From positions 2,112,001 to 2,176,000 of the forward strand of contig OZ244937.1 in the NCBI GenBank assembly GCA_965222075.1: DNA of 64,000 nt, read 5' to 3'. Positions within the stretch are counted from its first letter, which is position 1. Each line of letters begins with the position of its first letter. The notes under the pieces are model-generated. The model was not told the DNA's origin. It searched no databases and saw only the letters and a list, made by a program, of their open reading frames with translations. Below, piece by piece: positions 9,166 through 19,449 of the stretch. The translations under genes were made by a program, and so were the position numbers. The stretch is from Candidatus Latescibacterota bacterium (GTDB taxonomy: Bacteria; Latescibacterota; UBA2968; GCA-2709665).

Positions 9166-12100
9166 ATGTCTAAGTTTGGCGAGTTTATCCCGAAATCCGC
9201 TCGGTCGAAAGCATCCGCCTCGACGGGCTCACCCGGTCCTCCTGCGCTGGACGCCACATCGGGCCTGAGTTCCGACCGGCTCTCGGAGAGACCCTTTTCA
9301 CAGGCAGCCCTGGAACAATACTACGGCGGATTTTTCCCCACGCCGGAATGGACCGACGCCCTCCAGCCCGTGCCACGCGACAGTCGCGCCAACCCCCAGT
9401 TGACGGACATACTGGTCAAGCCGCTTACCCGGGAACGAATCGAGAGCCTGAAACAGGACGCCGAACCCTACCTGCGTGTCTCGCCGAATGACCTGATCGG
9501 AATGGCCCCGGTGCGCAACCGCATCGCCGGCAACGCCCGCGTGATGCCCTCCACGCGAATCGCCCGGTGTCCCGACGGCGACGGCGAAACGCTCACCTGG
9601 CGGCCCGACGACCCGGACAAGATCTGGTGTCCGCAGGGCCACACGGTAGACCCGTTCGCACGCTACCCCCAGACCGGCAGCATCCGGATCACGGGTCCCA
9701 AAGGGGACGAGCAGGACTACCCCTATCACGATGCGCCGGATGGAAAACGCATTTACCTCAACGGCGAGTTTATGGACTCGCTGCGCGTGTACTATCTCAT
9801 CGAAGCCGCAAAGACCCTTGGCATATTGTATCATCTCACCTCGGAGGTTGCATACGCCCAACGCGCTGCGGCCATCCTCTACGACTTCGCCCGCGCAGTG
9901 CCCCACTGGCCCAAGACCCACCGGGGGCGTCCCGGAATCGCGGAAGGTGACCGCCTGCGGCCCGTCACCGAATACCCCGTTTATGCCGGAATCTGGTACG
10001 ACAAATACCACACCGGCACGAGACACTTCTGCACGCTTGCGGAAGGCTACGACTTCATTGTCAACACACCCGTCTGGGATGCGCTGGACAGCTCGGCGCC
10101 CGGCAAAGACGCACGGGCCTGGATCGAGAACGACCTCTTCCTCTACTCTGTGAAAGACGCGATCCAGTACGACATCCACTACCCCCACCCCGACGCCGCC
10201 CTGAGCAATTATATACCCTCCCAGGCCGCAGGCTTTACCCTCATCGGGCGGGGCGTGGGCATTCCCGAACTGGTCCACTACGCCTACTGGAAGCTCAGAC
10301 AACTGGCCGAAAAGACCATCATGGCCGACTACGTCTTCCCCGAGAGCATGTCCTACGGGGCCATGCACATCCACGGCATCGCCCGCGCCTCGGAAAAAGG
10401 ACAGGGATACGCCGATCCCCCCGGATTTATCTCCAGCATCGATGGCGGGCGGTTCGACAACCTGGACAACGCGCAGGAACTCCCCGTACTCCGTCGCGCA
10501 GTCGAAACCCTGGCAACCATGGTCTATCCGGACGGCAACTACATCCAGGCCCACGACACCCATCACAAAATGCGCCAGAGGAAAAACACGACGCCGGAAG
10601 AAACGCGGCCCTCCACCTCCGCCGCCGGAGAAACGCGACCTCTCATCTACCCCGCCTTCGGACACGCCTGCCTGGCCAGGGGGGAGGCTCCAAAAGGCAA
10701 CCAGATCCAGGCGCACCTGCACTACTCGGGCAACTGGGGGCACGATCACGACGACATGCTCAACTTCATCCTCTGGTCCTACAAAGAGGAAATGATCTCG
10801 GATATCGGATACCAGCTCACCTACAACGGCTTTTCCCATATCGCCGCCGGGCACAACCTGGTTGTCGTGGACCGGAACACGCAAGAAAGCGTAAATGCGC
10901 CGGGGCGCCTGATCGGGTGGCATCCGGCGGAGGATGGCGTTCAGGTCATCGAGGTCTCAGCGCCGGAGGTCTACCCTCAGTGCAGCGCGTACCGGCGAAC
11001 CCTTTTCCTCATCCCCATTGGCGAAATGGACAACCTGGTCCTGGACATCTTCGACGTGGAAGGCGGCAGCATCCACGAATGGATGGCCCAGGGAAGCTGC
11101 ATGGTCGAGCAGGCCCTGGACGTCCCGGTTCCCACCCGGTACCATGCGGACAGCTATGCGGACGACGAGGTGCCCTTCACCCCGCCTGCCCACCGCGAAT
11201 GGGAAAAGCAGCTGCACGCCCAGGGGCTCAAACCGCGCGATGTGAACCCCTGGTACGGCGTGTTTCGAAACGTCCACAAAGGACGTGTGGAAGGCCCGTT
11301 TACGGCCACCTTTCGCGCTGAGAACCCGGACATGCCCGATGTACGCCTGCACATGCTCCTGCCCACAGACGGCGACCTCTACACCTGCACCGTGCCCACC
11401 CTTCGACAGTGCTGGAGCAACGCCCTGCAAATAGAAGACCATTCCCTGGTGGAAAAATTCCGAATGCCCAAGCTCGTCATTCGACGCGAGGGAGAAAATC
11501 TGCGCAGCCGGTTTGTTGGATTGTGGGAACCCGCACGCGGCTCCATGGTCGTCAAAGAAGTGAAAAATCTCGCCCCCGGACACCCCGAACTCGTGGCCGT
11601 GGAAATCCGTACCATCGGCGGGCACACGGTTCAACTGTTCTATTCGTCCGACCCCTCAAAGTGCCACCAGATCAGCAATGGAATGGCGTTCCAGGGCCGC
11701 TATGCGTCGGTCATCTCCCAGCATGAAAAGAAACAAATAACACTGTATGACTGCGCATCCTTCCATAACGGCGACCTTGAACTGACCCTCTCGCCTCGCC
11801 CGGCCCTGCCGCTGGAGGAAGTGCGCGAACGGGAGGGGGACAACGCCGTGCTGGTCCTGAATGGCGTGTGGGCGGACATACCCGAAGACCGCCCGCTTCA
11901 ATTTGAAACGCCCGAGCTGGTCATCCTGTCTCAAAACGGCGGCCACCAGCGGGCCTTCCCCATCCAGGCAGTGGAGAGAGAGGGCAACAGGACACGGCTG
12001 CGGTGCAGCCACCATCCGGGATTTGACTACGACTCGGGCGTGCTCAGAGAAATCGCCACGCCGTTTCAGGTCGTGGAAGGTAAGGCGGAGGTGAGGCTTC

Positions 12101-12228
12101 TTAGCAGGGTGTGGGCCCGCTCAAACGTTGCTCGAAAGGGTGTCTGGGAGGTGTTGACGACGGATGCGGTTACGGTGGGAACGCACCGGGTGGAACGGTC
12201 CGAGAAGTCCCCCAAAACACAGAGGTGA
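9166..12228 (+). CDS. Heparinase II/III-family lyase-like protein (paralog 1)
   Basis: ATG 9166 with AGGAGG. ESMSYG, GHDHDDMLNFILW, DIGY, HNLVVVD, YRRTL motifs. Confidence 0.8.
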   Translation: MSKFGEFIPKSARSKASASTGSPGPPALDATSGLSSDRLSERPFSQAALEQYYGGFFPTPEWTDALQPVPRDSRANPQLTDILVKPLTRERIESLKQDAEPYLRVSPNDLIGMAPVRNRIAGNARVMPSTRIARCPDGDGETLTWRPDDPDKIWCPQGHTVDPFARYPQTGSIRITGPKGDEQDYPYHDAPDGKRIYLNGEFMDSLRVYYLIEAAKTLGILYHLTSEVAYAQRAAAILYDFARAVPHWPKTHRGRPGIAEGDRLRPVTEYPVYAGIWYDKYHTGTRHFCTLAEGYDFIVNTPVWDALDSSAPGKDARAWIENDLFLYSVKDAIQYDIHYPHPDAALSNYIPSQAAGFTLIGRGVGIPELVHYAYWKLRQLAEKTIMADYVFPESMSYGAMHIHGIARASEKGQGYADPPGFISSIDGGRFDNLDNAQELPVLRRAVETLATMVYPDGNYIQAHDTHHKMRQRKNTTPEETRPSTSAAGETRPLIYPAFGHACLARGEAPKGNQIQAHLHYSGNWGHDHDDMLNFILWSYKEEMISDIGYQLTYNGFSHIAAGHNLVVVDRNTQESVNAPGRLIGWHPAEDGVQVIEVSAPEVYPQCSAYRRTLFLIPIGEMDNLVLDIFDVEGGSIHEWMAQGSCMVEQALDVPVPTRYHADSYADDEVPFTPPAHREWEKQLHAQGLKPRDVNPWYGVFRNVHKGRVEGPFTATFRAENPDMPDVRLHMLLPTDGDLYTCTVPTLRQCWSNALQIEDHSLVEKFRMPKLVIRREGENLRSRFVGLWEPARGSMVVKEVKNLAPGHPELVAVEIRTIGGHTVQLFYSSDPSKCHQISNGMAFQGRYASVISQHEKKQITLYDCASFHNGDLELTLSPRPALPLEEVREREGDNAVLVLNGVWADIPEDRPLQFETPELVILSQNGGHQRAFPIQAVEREGNRTRLRCSHHPGFDYDSGVLREIATPFQVVEGKAEVRLLSRVWARSNVARKGVWEVLTTDAVTVGTHRVERSEKSPKTQR

Positions 12229-12271
12229 CACCCTCCTGGCACCGCCCGGAATTTTCCTAAGAGGAGAGGGT

Positions 12272-15238
12272 ATGCCACGGTTCGACCCGATTGAATTTTC
12301 ATCGCACGAGGACTTGAAGAACTACTACGGAGGGTTCTTCCCAACCCAAGCCTGGGCCGAATCCCTCGCTACGGTCCCCCGCGACCAGCGCAGCAATCCG
12401 CACGACCTCCACGAAGTCAAAAAATCAAATAAAAAATGGATCGCATCTCTTCAGAAACAAGCCCGTGCGTATATGGCATTCGCCCCTGAAGAATTGCTCG
12501 GCCTGGTCCCCCGGCGCAACCGCATTGCCGGCAACGCCCGAAAAAATAACGATGCGGCGCAGTGTCCCTGCGGCGATGGGGCCAGGTTGACCTGGACGCC
12601 GGAAGACCCGGACCGGATCTGGTGTCCCAAAGGCCATACCGTGGATCCATTCGAACTATTTCCGCAAACCGGAACCATTGAAATCGTCGGCCCGAAGGGA
12701 GACAGGCAGGAATACCCGTACCACGACGCGCCGGACGGAAAAAGAATCTACCTGTACGGAGAATACATGGACAACGTGCGCCTGGGCTGTCTGTCCAGGG
12801 CGGCCGATGTGCTGGCGATGCTCTACCGGGCAACGGAAGACGTGGCGTACGCCGAGCGGGCCTCGGCAATCGTGTACGACTTTGCCTGTGCGGTCCCCCA
12901 CTGGCCCAAGATTCACCGGGGACTGACCAGCGTGGCCTCAGAGGAAGACCGGTTCCGGCCCGTTGAGGAGCAGGTTACCCACGCCGGCATCTGGAGAGAC
13001 AGGAACCACGCCGGACTCAACGGAATCGCCGGGATTGTGGCCTACAATCTGGTGGTGAACGCGCCGGTATGGGAACCGCTGGACCGCCTTGCAGAGAGCG
13101 GGGATGCCCGGCAGACAATCGAGAAGGACCTGTTTCTCTATCTGGCCAGAGATGCGATTCGCGCGGACATCCATTTTCCCCAGCCCAACTTTGCGCTGAG
13201 AAACCACATCCCGTCCCAGTGCGAAGGCATGATTGCCATCGGCAAAGCGGCCGGCGTTCCCGAACTGGTTCACTATGCGTACTGGAAACTCCGGCAGATG
13301 GCGGAAAAGACTATCATGGCCGACTCGACCTTTCCGGAGAGCATGTCCTATGCAGCCATGCACCTCTACGGGATGGTGGACGCCGCCGCCGAAGGAGAGG
13401 GATACTCCGATCCGCCGGGGTTCCTCTCCAGCCTAGACGGCGCCCGGTTCGACAACCTGTACCTCCCACGGCAACTGCCCGAGCTGTACCGTGCGGTTGA
13501 CGTCCTCAAATCCATGGTCTACCCCGACGGCAACTACATCCAGGCGCACGACACCACCTACTGGTTCGGCGGCGGCAGGGAACCGATCCCGGAAACCGTG
13601 CAGCCGATCATCTACCCCGCGTTCGGCCACACTGTGCTGGGCCGGGGCGAGCGCGAACGAAAAGACCAGATCCAGGCGCACCTGCACTACTCCGGGAACT
13701 GGGGGCACGACCACCACGACATGCTCAACCTGATCCTCTGGGCCTACGGCGAAGAACTCGTCTCAGACTTCGGAAAAATTATGACCTACCGCCTGTTCGC
13801 CGATGGGTCCTGGGGGCACAACCTGGTGGTAGTGGACCGGAAAAACCAGGAGCGGGTGTACCGGTCGGGATGTCTTCTGAACTGGCACGCCCCCGCAAAC
13901 GAGGTGCAGGTCGTGGAAGCCTCAGAACCGGCAGTCTACCCTCAATGCGGCGTTTACCGACGCGCGCTTTTTCTGATCCCCGGAGGAGTTTTCACCCATA
14001 TCTCTCCCAGGTGCCGGCCGCTTGGGGAAACGGACAACCTGGTTCTGGACATCTTTGAGGTAGAAGGTGGGAACACACACGAGTGGATGGCGCAGGGGAA
14101 CTGCATCAACGGCCAGACCCTTGAGGTCTCGGTACCAACAGAATATGATGCCGACAGCTATGCCGACGACGGGGTGCCCTTTACCCCGCCTGCCCACAGA
14201 GAATGGGAGAAACAACTGCAAGCGCAGGGGCTCACGTCGCAGGACGTAAGCCCCTGGTACGGCGTATTCCGGGATGTGCATAAGGGGAAAATCCAGGCGC
14301 CCTTCACCGCTGTGTTCCGCTCGGTCAACCGGAACCTGCCCGACCTTCGCCTCCACCTGCTGGAGCCGACCGACGCCGACCTCTATACCTGCACCGTACC
14401 CGGTCTCAAGCAGGGCCGCAACGCGAAAAAATCGGAAATTTGGGACCATTCCCTCGTGGAGAAATACCGAATGCCCAAGCTTGTGGTGCGCCGGGACGGT
14501 GTCCGTCTACACAGCCGGTTTGTCGCACTCTGGGAGCCCACGCGCGGAACCGATCTGACCGCCCGGGTAGAAAACCTCGCGCCGGGCCACCCTGATTTTG
14601 TGGCGCTGGAAATCCATACCGCCGGACAGGGTGAAACCATCCGAACCTTCTATTCCGCCGATCCCTCTCAGCCCAGGCGTGTTGACAAAACCGAATTCCA
14701 GGGACGCTACGCGGTCGTCCGGTCCTGCGAGGAAAGCAAATACATCACCCTTTACGACACCGCTTGCTTCCGGGATGGCGATCTGGAGCTTACAATTTCA
14801 GACCGCTCGCCTCTTTTGCTGGAAAAAGTGACGGAACAGGATGGAGAGAGTGTACTGATCCTGAACGGAATCTGGGAGGATATCCCTCGGGGGAACCCCC
14901 TAATATTCCCGGAACCGGAACTGGTGGTCCTTTCTCAGGACGGGGGCTATCAGAGGGCCTTTCCGGTAAAATCGGCAGAAACGGGAGAAGGCCAAACGTT
15001 GCTGCGATGCAGCCGGCACCCCGGATTTGAGTATGACCTGGAAGCCCGAATACTGAAAGAGATTTCTTTTCCGTTCCACACCGTAGAAGGAAAGGCGGAG
15101 GTGAGGCTTCCCAGCAGGGTGTGGGCCCGTTCACATGCCGCTCGACCGGGCGTCTGGGAAATCCGAACAACGAATGGGGTCACGATCAGCGCACGCCACA
15201 TGGAACCAACCGCAAGTTGGGTAACCATTTCGCTTTGA
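12272..15238 (+). CDS. Heparinase II/III-family lyase-like protein (paralog 2)
   Basis: ATG 12272 with AGGAG. Colinear with paralog 1, GHDHHDMLNLILW, HNLVVVD. Confidence 0.8.
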   Translation: MPRFDPIEFSSHEDLKNYYGGFFPTQAWAESLATVPRDQRSNPHDLHEVKKSNKKWIASLQKQARAYMAFAPEELLGLVPRRNRIAGNARKNNDAAQCPCGDGARLTWTPEDPDRIWCPKGHTVDPFELFPQTGTIEIVGPKGDRQEYPYHDAPDGKRIYLYGEYMDNVRLGCLSRAADVLAMLYRATEDVAYAERASAIVYDFACAVPHWPKIHRGLTSVASEEDRFRPVEEQVTHAGIWRDRNHAGLNGIAGIVAYNLVVNAPVWEPLDRLAESGDARQTIEKDLFLYLARDAIRADIHFPQPNFALRNHIPSQCEGMIAIGKAAGVPELVHYAYWKLRQMAEKTIMADSTFPESMSYAAMHLYGMVDAAAEGEGYSDPPGFLSSLDGARFDNLYLPRQLPELYRAVDVLKSMVYPDGNYIQAHDTTYWFGGGREPIPETVQPIIYPAFGHTVLGRGERERKDQIQAHLHYSGNWGHDHHDMLNLILWAYGEELVSDFGKIMTYRLFADGSWGHNLVVVDRKNQERVYRSGCLLNWHAPANEVQVVEASEPAVYPQCGVYRRALFLIPGGVFTHISPRCRPLGETDNLVLDIFEVEGGNTHEWMAQGNCINGQTLEVSVPTEYDADSYADDGVPFTPPAHREWEKQLQAQGLTSQDVSPWYGVFRDVHKGKIQAPFTAVFRSVNRNLPDLRLHLLEPTDADLYTCTVPGLKQGRNAKKSEIWDHSLVEKYRMPKLVVRRDGVRLHSRFVALWEPTRGTDLTARVENLAPGHPDFVALEIHTAGQGETIRTFYSADPSQPRRVDKTEFQGRYAVVRSCEESKYITLYDTACFRDGDLELTISDRSPLLLEKVTEQDGESVLILNGIWEDIPRGNPLIFPEPELVVLSQDGGYQRAFPVKSAETGEGQTLLRCSRHPGFEYDLEARILKEISFPFHTVEGKAEVRLPSRVWARSHAARPGVWEIRTTNGVTISARHMEPTASWVTISL

Positions 15239-15272
15239 AAGTGCTGCCGGATCAGCCATAAGGAGCATATCG

Positions 15273-15332
15273 ATGGATATTGCCGTGACAGAAGGGACCT
15301 ATTCGAAAGACAACTATGAGCCCAGCCTGTGA
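15273..15332 (+). CDS. 19-aa ORF MDIAVTEGTYSKDNYEPSL coupled to the next gene
   Basis: AAGGAG RBS 7 nt upstream. Its TGA overlaps the GTG of the next gene (GTGA). Confidence 0.35.
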   Translation: MDIAVTEGTYSKDNYEPSL

Positions 15333-17317
15333 CCGGCATCTGGTCCGACCGTCTCGACCATAGTGCTTCGGAAGACCTGCAGCACGGCGCAATGCCTCAG
15401 ACGGTGACGCTCCGATCTTTGGCCGTCGGGCTGATTCTCATCATCGCGATCAGCATCTTCGCAACAGATACCACCTACCGATTGCGCGCCTCTCGAGTCT
15501 CTCTCGGACACCTTCCCATCTGCCTGTGGCTTCCTTTCCTCTTGCTCTTCCTCAGCAATGTCTTGTTGAAGGGCCTTCGCCCACACTGGGCGCTCCGTCC
15601 TCACGAGCTCGGCTTCATCCTCTGCTTAGGATTCATTGGAAGCATCTTCCCCACCAAGAGCTTAGCGGGGCGCCTTGTCGCCGGTCTATCCATCCTCCAG
15701 TACAAGGCAAACCCCGAAAATCGATGGGGAGAGATCATCCTTCAGCACCTCAAGCCCTGGGCGATTCCCGGCAACGAGATAGGCGCAATCACATACCTGT
15801 GGGAAGGGCTTCCTCAAGGTCAAGGCATCCCCTGGAGGGTGTGGGCCGGTCCGCTCTTCTGGTGGTTTACCCTGTTCTTTGCCCTTTTCATTGCCAGTCT
15901 CTGCCTTACGGTCATATTCCGGAAGCAGTGGGTGGAGCACGAACGAATCGTGTTCCCCCTGGCCCGGTTGCCCATCATGATGATCACAGACGAAGAGCCC
16001 GGCTCGATCTGGCCCCGTTTCTTCAGGAGCCGCCTCTTCTGGATTGGGTTCGGCATTGCGCTCTTCATTATTCTCTGGAACATCCTGCCCCGTTTCTCCC
16101 ACCGCGTACCCATCATCCCCATCGGCCCCACCTATGGCATCAAGTACTATTACGCCAAATACTTTCCGCCGGTCAAGATAAAGTTCAACTTCTTCGTGGC
16201 GACCTTTGGCTACCTGACGAACCTGGAAGTCCTCCTATCCATCTGGTTCTTCCACATCCTCGCATTGATCGAAGCCGGCGCGCTTAACCGTCTCGGGGTT
16301 TCGGTCAGAGGTGAGTACTCAAGCGGCGTGATGCTGCAGCAGGTGGGAGGATTTATCACCCTTGTCTTTGTCGGTCTCTACATTGCCCGAAAGCATATTA
16401 CGGCCGTTTTCCGCACCGCGTGGCGTCCCGGGTCCGGCGAGGACGACCGGGAGGAGCTTCTTTCCTACCGCGCCACCGTTATCGGGCTCCTCGTTTCCCT
16501 CGTCTATTCGATCGGGTGGATGCACGCCTTCGGCATTTCCCTGACCGGTGTCGTCGTTCAGGTCGGATTCCTTCTGATATACTTCCTGGGCCTGGCCAAA
16601 ATCGTTGCCGAGACCGGCCTGGTCTATGTCGAGACCCCTCTAAAGACCCAGCAGTTGTCGGCCGCAGCTCTCGGACCGGTCATTCAAACGTCGGACCACA
16701 TTGGAATGGCCCTTTCCGCCAATACGGTAGAAAGCCACCGAGCATATATCTTGCCCACGCTGACGCATCTGGCCAGAATCCACCATTCTTTTCGCTGGGA
16801 CCGCACCCAGATGCTCGGTTCCCTGTGTGTCGCATTTCTGATAGGATTTGTCGTCTCTGTCGCTTACACCCTGGTCCTTTGCTATACCTCCACCGGTGCC
16901 TCCAACATCCGCCATGTCTATGTCTTCAACAACTACGGCCCTCGAATATTCAACCGGGTGGTCAGGTGGGCTTCGGAAGCCCCATCCTTTACGCAGACGG
17001 AGCTCATCTTCATTGCCGCCGGTGCAATCGGCACCCTGTTGTTGAGCTTTCTCAGATTGCGCCTGCCTTGGTGGCCCCTGCATCCGGTTGGATTCACGGT
17101 TGCCTCCGTCTTCATGGTCAACGTCACTGCGTTCACTGTTTTCCTCGTCTGGGCCTTCAAAGCGCTGGTCCTTCGCATCGGCGGGGTGGCCTTCTACCGG
17201 CGGCTTCAACCCTTCTTCCTGGGCCTGCTCTTCGGCTATACCCTCGGTGTGGGCCTCTCTACGCTTGTAGATGCTATCTGGTTTCCCGGAAACGGACATC
17301 CGGTGCATGGCTGGTAA
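15329..17317 (+). CDS. Polytopic membrane protein, DUF6785/DUF6784-like (putative transporter)
   Basis: Many hydrophobic helices, RKQWVEHERIVFPLARLP and WWPLHPVGF motifs. Confidence 0.75.
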   Translation: MTGIWSDRLDHSASEDLQHGAMPQTVTLRSLAVGLILIIAISIFATDTTYRLRASRVSLGHLPICLWLPFLLLFLSNVLLKGLRPHWALRPHELGFILCLGFIGSIFPTKSLAGRLVAGLSILQYKANPENRWGEIILQHLKPWAIPGNEIGAITYLWEGLPQGQGIPWRVWAGPLFWWFTLFFALFIASLCLTVIFRKQWVEHERIVFPLARLPIMMITDEEPGSIWPRFFRSRLFWIGFGIALFIILWNILPRFSHRVPIIPIGPTYGIKYYYAKYFPPVKIKFNFFVATFGYLTNLEVLLSIWFFHILALIEAGALNRLGVSVRGEYSSGVMLQQVGGFITLVFVGLYIARKHITAVFRTAWRPGSGEDDREELLSYRATVIGLLVSLVYSIGWMHAFGISLTGVVVQVGFLLIYFLGLAKIVAETGLVYVETPLKTQQLSAAALGPVIQTSDHIGMALSANTVESHRAYILPTLTHLARIHHSFRWDRTQMLGSLCVAFLIGFVVSVAYTLVLCYTSTGASNIRHVYVFNNYGPRIFNRVVRWASEAPSFTQTELIFIAAGAIGTLLLSFLRLRLPWWPLHPVGFTVASVFMVNVTAFTVFLVWAFKALVLRIGGVAFYRRLQPFFLGLLFGYTLGVGLSTLVDAIWFPGNGHPVHGW

Positions 17318-17339
17318 CACCATCTGGCGGGCAGGATGC

Positions 17340-18152
17340 TTACGGTTCGCCCGCTTCCGGTTTCAAAACGACAAAGCCGTATCTTTGAAAAATCGTACTC
17401 GACGTATCCGAACGGAGCACCTTCATAAAACGGACCGTCCGCTCGTTCCTGCGCCCCTTCACAATAACAACCGAGTAAACGATCGGATCGTGAGACTCGG
17501 TCGGAAGCCTCGCAAGCACCCCCACCTTCGAACTCACCGCCGCATCGGTCGCGTAGACCACCCCCGCAGGGCACGCCCCTCGCTCTACATAAATCAGGGC
17601 CGTCCGAACGTCGTGTCCAACGACCAGACGGCCTTTCAGGCTTTCCCACCATCCCAGCCACTCAAGCGCCTGCTTCGCATACATCCCCGCCGGCACGTGG
17701 GAGGGGTCCGCCAGGGCCAGACGACCCTCAAACGCCCCTGCAAAGTCAAACGCCTTTTGAGGCGTCACACAAAATGCTTCTCCCTTCGGCGCTACAACCA
17801 CCAGCACATTGCCCAGCAGGTCGATGCGGGTCTCCGGCTCGAACAACTCCCGATGCTCCAGGTAATCCATCCACACCGGATTTGCCGAAAGGTAGACATC
17901 GGCCGGCGCTCCATGCGCAATCTGCCGGGCCAGCGTAGAAGACCCGGCAAAAGAGAGCTTCACCTCAACATCACCCTCTCCCTCGAATTCCCGGGCGATA
18001 TCCTGCAGCGCATTTGTCAAACTCGCCGCCGCGTAAACCCGGACCGCCTCCGCCTGAAGGCACGCGGGAAAAACAAAAAGGGCCAGAAGCAAGAAAACAA
18101 CCCGGCAAAACGCGCTTAAATCTGAAGATCTATATCGTTTTACTCCCCCCAC
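17340..18152 (-). CDS. modA: Molybdate ABC transporter substrate-binding protein
   Basis: YAAASLTNAL, FAGSSTLARQI..GAPADVYLSAN, DPSHVPAGMYA, GVVYATDA. Confidence 0.92.
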   Translation of the reverse strand: MGGVKRYRSSDLSAFCRVVFLLLALFVFPACLQAEAVRVYAAASLTNALQDIAREFEGEGDVEVKLSFAGSSTLARQIAHGAPADVYLSANPVWMDYLEHRELFEPETRIDLLGNVLVVVAPKGEAFCVTPQKAFDFAGAFEGRLALADPSHVPAGMYAKQALEWLGWWESLKGRLVVGHDVRTALIYVERGACPAGVVYATDAAVSSKVGVLARLPTESHDPIVYSVVIVKGRRNERTVRFMKVLRSDTSSTIFQRYGFVVLKPEAGEP

Positions 18153-19282
18153 ACCGTCCCCTCTCCTCTATACCACCGGGCAAGCACCTCTTCCGCCGGC
18201 TTTCTCTGCGGCGTAAACCCCCGTTCCCGCCGGCGTGCGCGCCGCCCTCCAAAGCGCCTGCTCCCCTCGGGGAACCACTTCCAGATGTGGGCGCCCGCAA
18301 ACCACGGACGATTCCAAAATACTTGAAACATCGCCTCGTAACAGGTCGCCTGCAGTTCAAAGTCCATCGGCGCCCTCGACCGCCAGACCCAGGGCTCCGC
18401 GGCCGTATCCGCTGTGCTCCGGTAGCCCACCTCCGTAAAAAGCACCGGCTTTCCCACCCGCTGCTGCACCGCCTCAATCCGCTCCACATAGGGTGCCCAC
18501 GCCGCCTTTAAAGAGGCAAGCGTGACCGCACCGCCTGTACTGTCTGCCAGCGGGAAATAGACCTGGATGCCGATATAGTCGAGCGCATCCCAGAAAGGCA
18601 CCTCCTCGAACTCCCGGTACCAGTTCGCCGAATAGGTCAGTTCGCCCCTGTAAACCGCCCGCACATCCGCAATCAGCCTGCGCCACTCGCCGGGGCGGTT
18701 CAACACCGTGCTGCGCAGTTCCGTCCCGATGCACAGCGCCTCCATCCCGCTTGCCTCCGCCAGTTCGGCGTAGTGGAGGATAAACCGCCGGTAGCTCGCC
18801 CACCACTGCCCCCACTCGGCCCCGGTCGGAAAATCGATCGTCCCGCGCCACTGCCCGTTGCCCCGATCCCGGATCCAGATGTGAGGCTTCAGCACCGTCC
18901 GGATGCCCCGCAGCCGGGCCCGCCGGGCCGTTTCCACCAGCCCCTCGTCCGACTCCCCCCACCAGACCCGCCCTGAAGTCACCAGGATCACCTCCGGGGC
19001 GTCGGCGCCCCGCTGCCACCCGAACGGCGTCTGAGAAATCCAGTTCACGTTCAGTTCGGCTAAGCGGTCAAAGGCCTCCTCTGTCGGACGGCCCGGCCCG
19101 GCCACAAAACAGACCCCACGGTGTCTTTCCGTCAAAAGCGGCACCTCCGATACCGGGGCCTGAACCTCAGCCTGGACCGCTGTGGTCACAAAAACAAACA
19201 CACAAAGCCCAACCACCCTCCGGATCTGCGTCAACCCTGCGCTCCCTTCTCCAGCCAATCCGTATCTCTCTTTTTGGTCCAC
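18140..19282 (-). CDS. Glycoside hydrolase family 113-like TIM-barrel
   Basis: LKPHIW, LCIGTEL, LTYSANW, FWDALDYIGI..YFPL, KPVLFTEVGY. The start (GTG 19282) is inferred. Confidence 0.82.
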   Translation of the reverse strand: MDQKERYGLAGEGSAGLTQIRRVVGLCVFVFVTTAVQAEVQAPVSEVPLLTERHRGVCFVAGPGRPTEEAFDRLAELNVNWISQTPFGWQRGADAPEVILVTSGRVWWGESDEGLVETARRARLRGIRTVLKPHIWIRDRGNGQWRGTIDFPTGAEWGQWWASYRRFILHYAELAEASGMEALCIGTELRSTVLNRPGEWRRLIADVRAVYRGELTYSANWYREFEEVPFWDALDYIGIQVYFPLADSTGGAVTLASLKAAWAPYVERIEAVQQRVGKPVLFTEVGYRSTADTAAEPWVWRSRAPMDFELQATCYEAMFQVFWNRPWFAGAHIWKWFPEGSRRFGGRRARRRERGFTPQRKPAEEVLARWYRGEGTVWGE

Positions 19283-19449
19283 GGCCCCACCACCCACTTC
19301 CCGCAAAGAGAAAATACCCAGGACACAGTGTAAAGTAAAGGGTGAACCTTTCCGTTCCCGGGCCTTTCCCTTGACAAAAGGAGGCGCGCGCTTATCTTTA
19401 AGGGACCGCCGGCATTTTCCTTCGATATTCTGCTTTTCGGACACATCTA

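Noticed and set aside
9298-10923. Long antisense ORFs (also 21546-23042, 23299-24483, 39809-41056 and others)
   Set aside because: These are shadow frames of well-supported genes, expected in high-GC DNA.
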